Virus record (IMG/VR): IMGVR_UViG_3300042359_000853
Location: 124,001-188,000 of that record
Strand: one strand, 5' to 3'
Length of the DNA: 64,000 nt
Shown here: one piece after another, positions 29,817 through 40,452 of the stretch
Layout: the number at the start of each line of letters is the position of its first letter
Position numbering within the stretch: the first letter of the stretch is position 1
The notes under the pieces: generated by a model
Seen by the model: only the letters and a program-made list of their open reading frames with translations
Told to the model about the DNA's origin: nothing
Databases searched by the model: none
Made by a program: the position numbers and the translations under genes

Positions 29817-31940
29817 ATGAGACCAAGATCTATTGACGAAGTATGGCGGCAAATGCAAGTAGAAAAGCAACTACAAGAGCAGAGAAGATTCGAACAAGAA
29901 AGAAAAATGTGGGAACAAAGAGAAAGGCAAAGACAAGAATATCTCTTATCCATAAAAATGAATGAGAAGCTAGCACCGACAGTTCCTACTTCAGCAGCTG
30001 CTTCTGCTGGAGGAACAGTTCAGACGATTCAAGATCAAGACTTTCCTACTCTTTTTGGTGAAACACACATGATCACTTGGGCTGATGTATCAACAGATAC
30101 TTGGAAATACATCGTTCATAACTTCAATACTGGTGAGCTTTCTGAAATATTTGATACAGAATTGATATACGATAGTGGCAACGAATGGTATCTTTATGAT
30201 GAATGGCTGGCGGTTTCTGAAAAGGGGCATTCTGTTGTTTTCAGAAAGTCAGGAACCAATTTATATAAGATTTATTTTTTCAACGTAAATGGAGAACTCG
30301 TTGGTCAAAAAGATCTAGAAAGTCGCAAAGATTTTCAATATACCGAAAACGCACAGATATATGTGGGAGATTTGAACGGTCTAGGCACTGTTTATCATTT
30401 TGATGGTGATAATGTAAGAACTCATACGTTTGAGGGTCTGAGTGCATCTTCTATCGAAGTTGATGATTTTGGTGAAGATGATGTAACAAAAGATGGTAGC
30501 GTCATAATTGAGGCGCCAGATAATAGTAAAACATTCATAGCCAGGCCTAGTGGTGAGTTAGTAGAGATAACCTCTGATATCCAAGGTGCAAATCAAGTTT
30601 TATTAGATTATAACACAGATTTTTTATTTGCAGTAGATCAAGATCTTTGGGTAAAGTCGATTTCACAAGGGGGAGAGCTAAAAAATACGATGGATTTATC
30701 ACCTTATAATATAGAGAATTGGAATGAGATTTCTCTGTATGGTGATAACTGTGCTTACGTGCTTCTCACTTCGTATGATAGCTACAGAATGCTTGTTTCT
30801 TATGATGGTGATTCTAATCAGTTTGTTTCTATTACTTTTTCTGATTCTCTGATATATGATATCAGCTATCACGAAAGAAGCTGGCAATCGCCAAGACCTT
30901 ACTTCGGTAAAACTTTGATACTGACTACCTATCAGAGTAGAGCAGATAACTATATAAGTGGATTTGAGGGTTCAGGAGTAGAAATCAGTTGGTTACTGAA
31001 AAGTGCAGATGAATTTCAATCCTATATGTTTAGTGGAACTGTTTCATTTTTTGAAAGTGGTGGCAACTGGGTTGGTGATCGAACTTTTGCTATAGGTGAA
31101 AATCCAATGGTTATGTTCGCATACACACAAAGTGTTATTCAGGCAGGGTTTCTTCTATCTTCTGGATTTTTCACACAATCAACAGGCGTTACCTTGTCTC
31201 TCTGCTCAAATATTTGGGGAAAACCGATTGGCGATCATTCGTTTGCTGTTTTTGATGTTTTGGATGATAGAGTTTGGCAGGTCTATGATCAAAACTCTAT
31301 TGTTTCACAAACATCTTCTAGTTCTGCTTGGTCGTGGGGAACTAGTAACTGGGATGTCAATCGTTATGGAACACTTTTAGTTTTAGGTGGTGGTGGTAAT
31401 AATTTTGCTTACACAACAGAAATTGGATTGACTTCGGCACCAAGTGATATAAATATTATTTATAATAATGTGAATTGGGGCGACAGAACTGGTATTTCTA
31501 CTGAATATCAAATAGGCGTTCGTTATATTCCAGGTCAAGAGGGAAATGCTTACGTAGCTGGATTTTATGTTTTATCTAGGTCTGGTTTTTCTTCTTATGA
31601 AGAGTTCCCCTTTACTGGTCTTTCTCCTAGTATCCCACACACAATTTCTGGGATTGAAATAGGAACCGAAATTGTTTCTTTTAATTTGATAAATCAGGAT
31701 AATTCGAACTTAAGATGTATTGTTTATGACCTTTCTACACTTGGATTAATTGATGATTATGATACCGAACAATCTACCGATGTTTATATCCAATCTTGGA
31801 AAAACAGAGTAGCTGTTATTAAACAAAATGCTAATGAAAGACAGATTAAATTCATAGGAAAACACGGAATACAAACAAAAAAGGTTGATGCGAATAGTTT
31901 TTCAGATGAATCCAACGATCCAAGAGACAATGATGATTAA
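29817..31940 (+). CDS. Beta-rich (propeller-like) putative virion protein with N-terminal charged helix
   Basis: R/Q/E helix, SAAASAGG linker, then aromatic-rich beta strands. Confidence 0.55.
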   Translation: MRPRSIDEVWRQMQVEKQLQEQRRFEQERKMWEQRERQRQEYLLSIKMNEKLAPTVPTSAAASAGGTVQTIQDQDFPTLFGETHMITWADVSTDTWKYIVHNFNTGELSEIFDTELIYDSGNEWYLYDEWLAVSEKGHSVVFRKSGTNLYKIYFFNVNGELVGQKDLESRKDFQYTENAQIYVGDLNGLGTVYHFDGDNVRTHTFEGLSASSIEVDDFGEDDVTKDGSVIIEAPDNSKTFIARPSGELVEITSDIQGANQVLLDYNTDFLFAVDQDLWVKSISQGGELKNTMDLSPYNIENWNEISLYGDNCAYVLLTSYDSYRMLVSYDGDSNQFVSITFSDSLIYDISYHERSWQSPRPYFGKTLILTTYQSRADNYISGFEGSGVEISWLLKSADEFQSYMFSGTVSFFESGGNWVGDRTFAIGENPMVMFAYTQSVIQAGFLLSSGFFTQSTGVTLSLCSNIWGKPIGDHSFAVFDVLDDRVWQVYDQNSIVSQTSSSSAWSWGTSNWDVNRYGTLLVLGGGGNNFAYTTEIGLTSAPSDINIIYNNVNWGDRTGISTEYQIGVRYIPGQEGNAYVAGFYVLSRSGFSSYEEFPFTGLSPSIPHTISGIEIGTEIVSFNLINQDNSNLRCIVYDLSTLGLIDDYDTEQSTDVYIQSWKNRVAVIKQNANERQIKFIGKHGIQTKKVDANSFSDESNDPRDNDD

Positions 31941-32665
31941 GGAGTCGCTACCCCTTTTTTAGAAACTACTAGAGCAGACATTTCGTTGGCAAATCCAATC
32001 GATGATATAACATCTCCTGTTTTTAGATATTCTATAGAAAAACTAGCTAAAAAAGTATCACCTGCGCCTGAAACATCGATAGTTTCTAGAGGGTTCTTTT
32101 GAGGAAATATAACACCTCTATACCTACTGCCACGAGAGCCTAGTGTTATAATCAGGTTATTATCATCTAGATGTTTGTTGATATCTCTTTCACTATCGTT
32201 TAGCTTAATAAAGGTGAATAGACTAGCTAGTTGCTGATCTAACTTTTTCTTTGTATCAAGTATAGATATCTTAGAACTTCTAGCTATAAGCTCTAGAATT
32301 TGGGAATTCAGAAATCCCTTATTGTAATCAGAAACTATCACTAGATCGAAAGTTGATAAATCTGGTAAGTTTTCAAGAGTCTTACAGGGATTATTTTCAC
32401 CTTCATCAATTCTCAAAAACATATGGTTTGATTTTTTATCAACATATCTTGTCTTAGTAATCAAATCTTCTTGATGTAGGGAAAAAATATCAACTTCTTT
32501 ACTCAATGCTTCTAAATTTTTAGCAACATTTCCGGCCATTCCTGGATTTTCTATGATCTCTACCGGTTTTACAACTGGAACAGGCGCCTCTGGTGATAAT
32601 CTTGATGATGAGCAGTAGATAAATCTATCCAAACAAATCTCACCAATCACTGCTATTTTCTTCAC
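31937..32665 (-). CDS. rfaE: D-glycero-D-manno-heptose-7-phosphate kinase (HldE/RfaE domain I, PfkB family)
   Basis: IGEICLD..RLSPEAPVPVV..GMAGNVA..VSDYNKG..DVSGAGDT. Confidence 0.9.
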   Translation of the reverse strand: MKKIAVIGEICLDRFIYCSSSRLSPEAPVPVVKPVEIIENPGMAGNVAKNLEALSKEVDIFSLHQEDLITKTRYVDKKSNHMFLRIDEGENNPCKTLENLPDLSTFDLVIVSDYNKGFLNSQILELIARSSKISILDTKKKLDQQLASLFTFIKLNDSERDINKHLDDNNLIITLGSRGSRYRGVIFPQKNPLETIDVSGAGDTFLASFSIEYLKTGDVISSIGFANEMSALVVSKKGVATP

Positions 32666-32921
32666 CTAAAATATAGTTTATTTTTTTATCTCTAAACTTC
32701 TTTTTACCATTTTTTATAGGTAGAATATAATGATTCCAACTTTGGAGAGATATCCAGTTAGATTTTGATACATCTATTTTTTCACCTTTACAAAATATCT
32801 GAAACTTATTATCATTGCTGCTACTTAAAATAATATCATGACCTTGAGGTAGAGTAACATCTCTATCACCATCTCTAAAGGTAACATCTCTCCAAACATG
32901 ATAGTAGCTGGTGTGATCCAT
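32640..32921 (-). CDS. Small hypothetical with C-terminal RDKKINYIL motif
   Basis: ORF in operon. Confidence 0.6.
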   Translation of the reverse strand: MDHTSYYHVWRDVTFRDGDRDVTLPQGHDIILSSSNDNKFQIFCKGEKIDVSKSNWISLQSWNHYILPIKNGKKKFRDKKINYILGEENSSDW

Positions 32922-32922
32922 A

Positions 32923-33216
32923 TTATTCTTCTATTATTTTAGAGATTTGTTTATCTCTTGTATAGCTCGTGAACCAATCTAAACGAATACATCTTTTATC
33001 ATTATCTAAACGAAAGATATGACCTTCTCTCGATCCAGTCTCGATGATTGATATTGTTTCTGGTTTTGCGTCTGAGAGTTTAATCCAATTCATCCAATCT
33101 AAATTAACAAAATCAAATTTTTGACCCTTTTTCAGAGGAATCTCTAGAAAAGCTCTTGGATCGATTGTTGGAAACGAAAGAGTAAAATCTTCAAGTGCTA
33201 TATAAGTAATCGTCAT
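32923..33216 (-). CDS. Small hypothetical with C-terminal RDKQISKII motif
   Basis: ORF in operon. Confidence 0.6.
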   Translation of the reverse strand: MTITYIALEDFTLSFPTIDPRAFLEIPLKKGQKFDFVNLDWMNWIKLSDAKPETISIIETGSREGHIFRLDNDKRCIRLDWFTSYTRDKQISKIIEE

Positions 33217-33217
33217 T

Positions 33218-34570
33218 CTAAATCTCTGATAAAAGTTTTTTTAGTTTTTGTAAATCTTGTAAATATAGAGATTTTATTTCTTTTTGAGATAAAGTTTTTA
33301 GCTCTTCTTTCTTATCTTCTAGGTCTTTCAATATCTTTTCGTAGATCTCTTTTACTAGAGATGAAATAGGCATACGAAGTAGATATTCGTAAGAAGAATC
33401 AACTTTTGTGAAATTTAGTTCTTGAAGTCTTTGTGTTAGGTCTTTTTTTGGAATATTCATCACTAAGATTTCTTTTTCAATAACACCTTTAATAAATCTA
33501 GCCCGGTTGGATAGAATTAAAATTTCCTGTTCAAGATTTTTTATCAATAAATCTTTTCTTTTTTGATAAAATTGAAGTCTGAAATTTGTAAAATAATCAA
33601 GAATCTGTGTATCTGACTCAAAGACTTTCAGTTTTCCGAACTCATCAAGAGTAGTAAAGATCTCTGTAGAGTATTCCTCAAGTTTTAGAAGTTTGATGAT
33701 TTGCTCATCATCAAGAGTTCCCATAACTGATTTATCCCACCTCACCGTATAGTTGATGTCTTCTTTGCAGTTATCATCCCAAGAAGAGATAATACCACGA
33801 GCTTGAAGATCATCCAAAACTTCTTCGTATTTTTCCCAGGTAAACGAGGGTGGTATTTCTAAAATTTGAGTTGAAATTTTATTGATGTTCTTGAAGACAC
33901 CACGAATAATCCATCTTTTATCGTTGGCTGCGTCAGGTATAAACTCACCACGAAAACCAGCAATTTGTGGTATGAGTTTTTTTGGACTCTTACCACCTAG
34001 TATATCAATAACAGAATTAACAACATCTAAAGGATTTCTATTTAAGATATTCGATGAGAATCCAACCGCAATACCTGAGCCACCGTTTATTAAAATAGTC
34101 GGAACTATAGGTAAGAAATATTTAGGCTCTATTTGTTGGCCTTCTTCCCAGAGGTATTCAAGTAGCTCTTCATCTTTATACAGATGAAAAAATATCGAAG
34201 AAAGTTTAGTAGCTATGTATCTTGGAGCAGAAGCCTCAGGAGCTCTAAGTGATCCAAACTGACCATGCTCTTCTAAAAGAGGTAGATTATTCTTAAACTT
34301 TTGAGCCATTTGAGTGATAGCTCCATCTAGTGATGATGAACCGTGATGATAGAAGCTTTCAGAGGAAACTTTTCCTGAAAGTTGAAAGATTTTGAGTGGT
34401 TTGGCAGATGGTGTTTTCCAAATGGAAGAAGCTGTGTGAATAATCTTTCTTGCTACCGGTTTAAATCCATCAACAACCGACGCGATAGCTCTATTTTCAA
34501 TAGAATATAGAGCGAAAGCTTTGTATTCATTATCTAGAAATTGAGAGATTGTTTTTTGTCCAGGTTTCAA
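33218..34570 (-). CDS. DNA topoisomerase II medium subunit (T4 gp52-like)
   Basis: RAI..VDGFKP, YHHGSSSL, GQFGS..SAPRYI (catalytic Tyr), GIAVGFS. Confidence 0.95.
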   Translation of the reverse strand: MKPGQKTISQFLDNEYKAFALYSIENRAIASVVDGFKPVARKIIHTASSIWKTPSAKPLKIFQLSGKVSSESFYHHGSSSLDGAITQMAQKFKNNLPLLEEHGQFGSLRAPEASAPRYIATKLSSIFFHLYKDEELLEYLWEEGQQIEPKYFLPIVPTILINGGSGIAVGFSSNILNRNPLDVVNSVIDILGGKSPKKLIPQIAGFRGEFIPDAANDKRWIIRGVFKNINKISTQILEIPPSFTWEKYEEVLDDLQARGIISSWDDNCKEDINYTVRWDKSVMGTLDDEQIIKLLKLEEYSTEIFTTLDEFGKLKVFESDTQILDYFTNFRLQFYQKRKDLLIKNLEQEILILSNRARFIKGVIEKEILVMNIPKKDLTQRLQELNFTKVDSSYEYLLRMPISSLVKEIYEKILKDLEDKKEELKTLSQKEIKSLYLQDLQKLKKLLSEI

Positions 34571-34619
34571 GAAGTTTTTTCTTTTGGTATGAGTAAGTTC
34601 GTAAAAAGTTGTAAATAGA

Positions 34620-34814
34620 TTAGATCTGCTCTAACCATTCACTGAATCTTAAAACCTTCCTCTCTGATACCTTTTGTGGAAGTTCTCTGTAATCTACGTC
34701 AGTCCATTCCTTATCGAAAACCCAGTGGTATTTCTTGGGAGCTTTCTTTTTAGAACCCCACTTATTTCTAAGAGCCCAGATAAGTTTATATTGTTTTTTT
34801 GATGTTGCTGGCAT
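34620..34814 (-). CDS. Small basic protein, probable internal/core protein
   Basis: MPATSKKQ..., C-terminal KVLRFSEWLE motif. Confidence 0.6.
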   Translation of the reverse strand: MPATSKKQYKLIWALRNKWGSKKKAPKKYHWVFDKEWTDVDYRELPQKVSERKVLRFSEWLEQI

Positions 34815-34844
34815 GACTTATTGTTTTTTTGGTATATATAAAAT

Positions 34845-36701
34845 ATGGCAAAAGAAAAAAAGATAGAAGAAAAGTATGTTGTCCTTGATCATATAGAGCA
34901 CATACTACTTAGACCACAAACCTACATCGGAGCAAATAAACCACATACTCAAAAAAGATGGATACCCCAGGGATCCAAGATGATACAAGAGGAACTCACT
35001 TATGTTCCGAGTTTTCTAAAAATATTTGATGAGATTATCTCAAACTCAGTTGATGAAAGTAAAAGAAATAAAAAACTTAACCGAATAGATGTAAATATTG
35101 ATAAAAAGACCGGCGAAATATCAGTTTCTGATAACGGTGGAATACCGGTGGTCATTCATAAAACTCATAATCAAATGGTTCCCGAGGTTATTTTTGGAAA
35201 TCTTATGTCTGGCTCAAACTACGATGATACAGAAGAAAGAGTAGTGATGGGTCTCAATGGATTAGGATCGAAACTCACCAACGTTTTTTCTAAAAAGTTT
35301 GTAGTTCAAACCTGTGATGGTAAAAATGGATTTCTTCAAGTTTTTTCCCAGAATATGAGAGAAAGAACACAACCCACTATAACAAAAGGAGGCACACCAG
35401 GAACGAAGATCACTTATCTTCCTGATCTAGATAGGTTTGGTCTAAAAAAACTCGATACAGCTCATTACAATCTATTACATAAACGAGTGGTTGATATTGC
35501 TGGATGTAATCCATCAGTCAAGATTTTTTTCTGTGGTAGTGAAATCAAATGTAAATCTTTCGAGGATTATGTAAGGTGGTATCGTCAAGATTATTACTAC
35601 GAAAAATCAACCGACGGTCTTTGGTCAGTGGCTGTTGCTCCTTCTAGTGAAGGTTTTTCCCAGGTAAGTTTTGTCAATGGATCAGACACTTATGATGGTG
35701 GATCACATGTTGATTATATAACAAGTGGTATTATTCAACCACTCAGAGATTACTTCATGAAAAAATTCAAAGTAGATGTAAAACCTTCAGAGATCAAAAA
35801 TCACTTTCAGATTTTTCTTTCTTCAACAATTGTGAATCCTAGTTTTTCCTCTCAAACAAAAGAAAAACTTATTACTGAACCTAAAGATTGGGGTTATACT
35901 TTTACTATTTCACCTAAAATGATAGGTTGGATACTAAGATCCGAAATTGTAAAATCTATATCTGATTGGATCATTCAGAAAAAAGCAGCTGATCAAAATA
36001 AAATGCAACGACAGCTCAATAAACAAGTTGATAATCTTAAAGTTGAAAAGTTAGTTGATGCCAAGGCTAAAGATAGATGGAGGTGTTCGCTCGGTATTTT
36101 TGAGGGAGATTCGGCTAGTAACTCGTTTAGAAAATACAGAGATCCACAAACACAAGGATCTTTTTCTCTCAAAGGTAAGTTTATAAATGTAAGCGATTTA
36201 GCTCTTCAGAAAATGACTGATAATAAAGAGCTTGTAAATCTTATGTCAGCTATTGGCCTAAAACTTGGGCAAAAAGCAACCTTGAAAACCTTGAGATGGG
36301 GTCGTATTATATTCTACGCCGATCAAGACCCCGATGGTAACTCTATTGTAGCTCTTCTTCTGAACTTTTTCTATAAGTTTTGGCCTGAACTTTTTGATAT
36401 GAACTTCGTTTTCAAAGCAGAGACACCTCTCATGGTTGTGAAATCATCGAAACTTACAGAAGATCTATGGTTCTATTCTATGCAAGAGTTTGATAAATGG
36501 TCTGGTGGCAAAAGCTTGAAAGATTATACGATTACCTATAAAAAAGGACTTGGTGCTCTCGAAGATGATGAATATAAGAAGATTATAAAAACACCCAACT
36601 TAGTTAAAATTTCAAGTGATGAACTTTCTACTAAAAAACTAGATATTTGGTTTGGAAAAAACTCAGCTCTTAGAAAAGAGGAGTTATTTGATGTGGTTTG
36701 A
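34845..36701 (+). CDS. DNA topoisomerase II large subunit (gp39+gp60 fused; GHKL + TOPRIM)
   Basis: EHILLRPQTYIG, EIISNSVDE, DNGGIP, GLNGLGSK, EGDSA, LKGK, DQDPDG, YKKGLG. Confidence 0.96.
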   Translation: MAKEKKIEEKYVVLDHIEHILLRPQTYIGANKPHTQKRWIPQGSKMIQEELTYVPSFLKIFDEIISNSVDESKRNKKLNRIDVNIDKKTGEISVSDNGGIPVVIHKTHNQMVPEVIFGNLMSGSNYDDTEERVVMGLNGLGSKLTNVFSKKFVVQTCDGKNGFLQVFSQNMRERTQPTITKGGTPGTKITYLPDLDRFGLKKLDTAHYNLLHKRVVDIAGCNPSVKIFFCGSEIKCKSFEDYVRWYRQDYYYEKSTDGLWSVAVAPSSEGFSQVSFVNGSDTYDGGSHVDYITSGIIQPLRDYFMKKFKVDVKPSEIKNHFQIFLSSTIVNPSFSSQTKEKLITEPKDWGYTFTISPKMIGWILRSEIVKSISDWIIQKKAADQNKMQRQLNKQVDNLKVEKLVDAKAKDRWRCSLGIFEGDSASNSFRKYRDPQTQGSFSLKGKFINVSDLALQKMTDNKELVNLMSAIGLKLGQKATLKTLRWGRIIFYADQDPDGNSIVALLLNFFYKFWPELFDMNFVFKAETPLMVVKSSKLTEDLWFYSMQEFDKWSGGKSLKDYTITYKKGLGALEDDEYKKIIKTPNLVKISSDELSTKKLDIWFGKNSALRKEELFDVV

Positions 36702-37592
36702 TCCAAGTAAGTAGTTACTAGAATCTCCGGCAAAGAGTGTAGTATAACCTAGTTTCTCTTCTAGGAATGTTTTAGTTTGACCGGTAAAATCTTCAATCCA
36801 AATGTGTGGTCTATGATTCACGATAGTATTTATAGATCCTCTAATAAGTTCTAACTCGTGACCTTCTACATCTATTTTCATAAAAGAAATATTATCAAAA
36901 CCAAAATCATCCAAAATTGAGCTCTGAACAAGCTCACCACTTTCGGATATAGCAGTTGAACCCCTATTCCATGATGCTGGATTTTCCATAAATAAAGTTC
37001 CTCTTTTAGAAGAGAGAGCGGTCTTGAATGTATGAATATTTTTTATTTTTTTCGTGTTTGTTAGAAGAAGTTCGTAATTTGCGCTACTTGGTTCAAAAGA
37101 ATAGATATTACTTTCTGGAAAATATTTATGAAACATCAAGCTATGATTTCCAATATTGGCACCACAATCTATAATGTTTTTAATATTATTCAGATATGGT
37201 AGAAATTGAAAGAAAAGATCAGATTCCCAAAATTTATTGAATTTTACGATATACTCAGAAATCAAATCGCCGGCATGTAACGTCAAATCGAATGATTCTA
37301 AACGAAAAGTTTTTTTATTTTTATCCTCTTCAAAATAAATTGCCTCTTCTAGTAGGATATTTCCCTCAGAAACAATACTGACAAAAACACCCTCTATTTT
37401 TGTATTTTCAAATATTTCTTTATTGAGATTAATTTCAACATTCCCGTTAGTAGGTATCCAGATCCATCCAGAATAAAATAGATCAATTTTATTCAGATTA
37501 AATACCGTAATATCTGAAGTAATAGGTTGGGTATTTATATTGTTAATTATAAGTTTGTGATTGATATAGTCTATTGTTGTTAGAAGTATCAT
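36684..37592 (-). CDS. FkbM-family methyltransferase
   Basis: IDCGANIGNHS, SFEP, FMKIDVEGHE. Confidence 0.9.
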   Translation of the reverse strand: MILLTTIDYINHKLIINNINTQPITSDITVFNLNKIDLFYSGWIWIPTNGNVEINLNKEIFENTKIEGVFVSIVSEGNILLEEAIYFEEDKNKKTFRLESFDLTLHAGDLISEYIVKFNKFWESDLFFQFLPYLNNIKNIIDCGANIGNHSLMFHKYFPESNIYSFEPSSANYELLLTNTKKIKNIHTFKTALSSKRGTLFMENPASWNRGSTAISESGELVQSSILDDFGFDNISFMKIDVEGHELELIRGSINTIVNHRPHIWIEDFTGQTKTFLEEKLGYTTLFAGDSSNYLLGSNHIK

Positions 37593-37661
37593 ATAAAAGG
37601 ATTGTTCGTAATTTAAGAATATTGGATTTAATATCTAGTTATTTTTATATATAGGATTTAT

Positions 37662-39773
37662 ATGTTTATTATAGAAAAGGTCTCTAAATTTCTAGAAAAT
37701 ATAGAATATTATTCACAGGATATGCTAAAAGATTTTTATTCTAAATCTTCTGATATTAATACAATTGGATCTTTTGAACTGTATAGAAAATATCTTTCTA
37801 CTATATTTGAAGATTTTCGTATTGAATATCGTGGAGATATCTCGGGACTAGAGGAATTTAGATATTCTAATTCTGTTATTGATAGAGATGGAAAATCAGA
37901 TGTTCGTCATAAAATGGGTTCAGGGGTTTATACCACACCCAATCTTTATCAAGCTCAACAATATGCAGATCAGGTTTTGGGTAAAATATATTTTGTTTTA
38001 ATCAATCAAACCGATGAACTTAGATATTCATCAAAACTTTATTTTTATAGAGATGTCGCTAGTTTTGTAGGGAACCCGAATAGACCACCAAATGGATTTG
38101 ATATAGATAGATTTACAAGACACATGCAAAAACTTGGTAGATCTATTCATGTGAAAAAAATATCAACACAAGATGAAACCGTTCACCCTGTAGAAAATAC
38201 CTGGATACTTGGATCTAAAAAAGATATTTTAGGATTTTCTAGGTTTCTCGATAGTCAAACTCAAAACTTGATTGAAAGAAATATTACTTTTAATGATCTT
38301 GATAAAACAAGCTCGGGTCAAAAAAGAGGTGACATTTTGCTCGGTAAAATAGTTCGAGGTGAAGAAATACCACTCAAACCCGAAGGTGAATCAGGAGTTG
38401 TAATCAAAAGAATTTCAGATATTATCAATAAGAACACCCAAGATATAACTTCAAGAAATTTAATAGCTCCTAAATATACACCCTATGATTCTGTAAAGAT
38501 GAGAGATGTGTTCCTAAAAAGACCAGATTATAAAAAATATACGAATAGTCTAAGGGCCGAAGATGGTGAAGAATATAAATTGAACGATATTGTAAAAACT
38601 TCGGATTTTGGATCTTCCGGTGGAAGTTCATTGGGAACAGAATCTACAATTAAAGTTGAAAGTATTTATTGTTTTTATTTTGCTATTCGACAATTTTTAA
38701 ATAGAGATATTTCAATAACTGATGATATTTCCTACTTTCTTACTTCACCTTCTGTTTTGGATTTTATCAAAACACCTATTCAAGTTACACAAGAAATGCT
38801 GGATAGATTTAGTCAATGGGAAAGTAGTTTTATAGAAACCGTGAATGGTATTAACAGAACAGATAAATACCTTGTTAAAGATAGAAAAAACAATAGTGTT
38901 CTTGATAGTAATAAAAAATATTCCTTTCATCAAATAAACTCTAGAGATGATCTTATTACTTCGTTATCAGACAAATACCGTAGTTTCAATTTAGGTATTC
39001 CAATATCTAAATGGACACCTTCCGATATTTGGTCAGTTGATGTAGAAAGAAAGGATCATATTATTGGTCTTATTAGGGCCTGTAGATCACTCCAAGATCT
39101 CAATAGAATTGTAAATAATTCATTTGATAGATCTGAACTTGTTGGAATTTCTATTAAAAAAATTAAAAGTGGCCAAAATAACTTTAAGATCATTATCAAT
39201 AATGAATCCCCTAAGCCACAATACACTTTCTCGAAAGTCATCATACTTGATAATCCTTTAGAAACACTTAACACTACAATTGTTGTAAATAGAAAATCCG
39301 AAGTATATGGTGATGGTGAAGAGAAAATTGATTTTAGAACCTACGACTCGAATATAAGAAATATAGTAGGAGAAGTTCAGGGTAGTGAAGCTAAATTTGG
39401 AAAAATATCACTAGGTCAAATCAATAAAATGTTGAAAGATTTAGAGATTGGAGAAGTTCCGAACTACGTCGAATTGATGAATCTCGATGAAAAAGATTTA
39501 AGGGAAAAAATTCTAGATATAAATAATAAAATTCTACAAAATTCATCACTCAGTGACTATATTAGGATAAGTAGAGTTCGTTCTGATTCAAAACCTCAGA
39601 CAAAAAGAAGACTTATATCTAAATATCAAGGTCTTTTCCTAGTTTCTACTCTATTAGACAAGTTGTTGGTTAGTAAAGAATCTGTGGATAATGTTCTTCA
39701 AAAAATATTCTATTACGCTCTTGCTATTGAAAATCAAGAATATGAATGCCCTAAATACATTCGTATTATATGA
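37662..39773 (+). CDS. Two-domain protein: N-terminal ADP-ribosyltransferase-like, C-terminal PD-(D/E)XK-like
   Basis: YRG..F..GSGVYTT..A..YA..GKIYFVLI; KWTPSDIW..LVGISIKK. Confidence 0.5.
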   Translation: MFIIEKVSKFLENIEYYSQDMLKDFYSKSSDINTIGSFELYRKYLSTIFEDFRIEYRGDISGLEEFRYSNSVIDRDGKSDVRHKMGSGVYTTPNLYQAQQYADQVLGKIYFVLINQTDELRYSSKLYFYRDVASFVGNPNRPPNGFDIDRFTRHMQKLGRSIHVKKISTQDETVHPVENTWILGSKKDILGFSRFLDSQTQNLIERNITFNDLDKTSSGQKRGDILLGKIVRGEEIPLKPEGESGVVIKRISDIINKNTQDITSRNLIAPKYTPYDSVKMRDVFLKRPDYKKYTNSLRAEDGEEYKLNDIVKTSDFGSSGGSSLGTESTIKVESIYCFYFAIRQFLNRDISITDDISYFLTSPSVLDFIKTPIQVTQEMLDRFSQWESSFIETVNGINRTDKYLVKDRKNNSVLDSNKKYSFHQINSRDDLITSLSDKYRSFNLGIPISKWTPSDIWSVDVERKDHIIGLIRACRSLQDLNRIVNNSFDRSELVGISIKKIKSGQNNFKIIINNESPKPQYTFSKVIILDNPLETLNTTIVVNRKSEVYGDGEEKIDFRTYDSNIRNIVGEVQGSEAKFGKISLGQINKMLKDLEIGEVPNYVELMNLDEKDLREKILDINNKILQNSSLSDYIRISRVRSDSKPQTKRRLISKYQGLFLVSTLLDKLLVSKESVDNVLQKIFYYALAIENQEYECPKYIRII

Positions 39774-39801
39774 AAAAACCCAGATTTCTCTGGGTTTTTT
39801 T
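39773..39801. terminator. Bidirectional intrinsic terminator between convergent genes
   Basis: AAAAAACCCAGA-TTTC-TCTGGGTTTTTTT. Confidence 0.9.
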
Positions 39802-39825
39802 GTGCTGAAAAATAAAAAAAAGTAA

Positions 39826-40452
39826 TTAAGAAACATAAACTTGTGGTGGTTGAATAGTAAATCCACCGTCAATATACTCATCAATGAAGTAATCCCAAAC
39901 AAAAGTAGCATCGATACTGTTGATGATACCTGGTGTTGCCCAATCAAAATCAGCATAAGTCAAAGTTTGAAGTTGGCAATTTTGGTAAGTTACTCTTCTA
40001 AGCACATATCCTTTTTTATCATGTTGATTAACAATTATTGTTCCGATAAGATCAGATTTATAATGAAGAGAACCGTTTTGAGAGTTCCAAGCTAGATCAT
40101 ACCAAGCTTTGAGTGTAGTGAAGGTTTCCATATTCAATTGCTCATTAACATTCACGTTGAATGGAATTGTGATTGTTCCAGAGGTTGTTTGTGGAGTATT
40201 CAAAAATTCACGAGTTGAGTATTTAAATCTTTGCGTTGAGTTTTGAAGGTTTCTAGTGAGCTGTGTTTGATTTATCGGAGCTTTAAGACCTTGTTGAAGA
40301 AGAAGAACTGGATCTCTTCCTTGTGCTTGTAAAATTACCGGTAGAAGAAAAGTAATCTCAAAGAGATTGGTATATACCGGTTCTTGTGGCTTGGTTCCAG
40401 GACCACCCGGAGAACCAGTCATATAAAGTTGTGTGAAATGTGGTAGAGGCAT
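39826..40452 (-). CDS. Tail tube protein (T4 gp19-like)
   Basis: PVYTNLFEITF, W..L..N..G..K.D..GTIIV.Q.DKKG..R..Y.NC, DW, F.WDY; late motif upstream. Confidence 0.75.
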   Translation of the reverse strand: MPLPHFTQLYMTGSPGGPGTKPQEPVYTNLFEITFLLPVILQAQGRDPVLLLQQGLKAPINQTQLTRNLQNSTQRFKYSTREFLNTPQTTSGTITIPFNVNVNEQLNMETFTTLKAWYDLAWNSQNGSLHYKSDLIGTIIVNQHDKKGYVLRRVTYQNCQLQTLTYADFDWATPGIINSIDATFVWDYFIDEYIDGGFTIQPPQVYVS

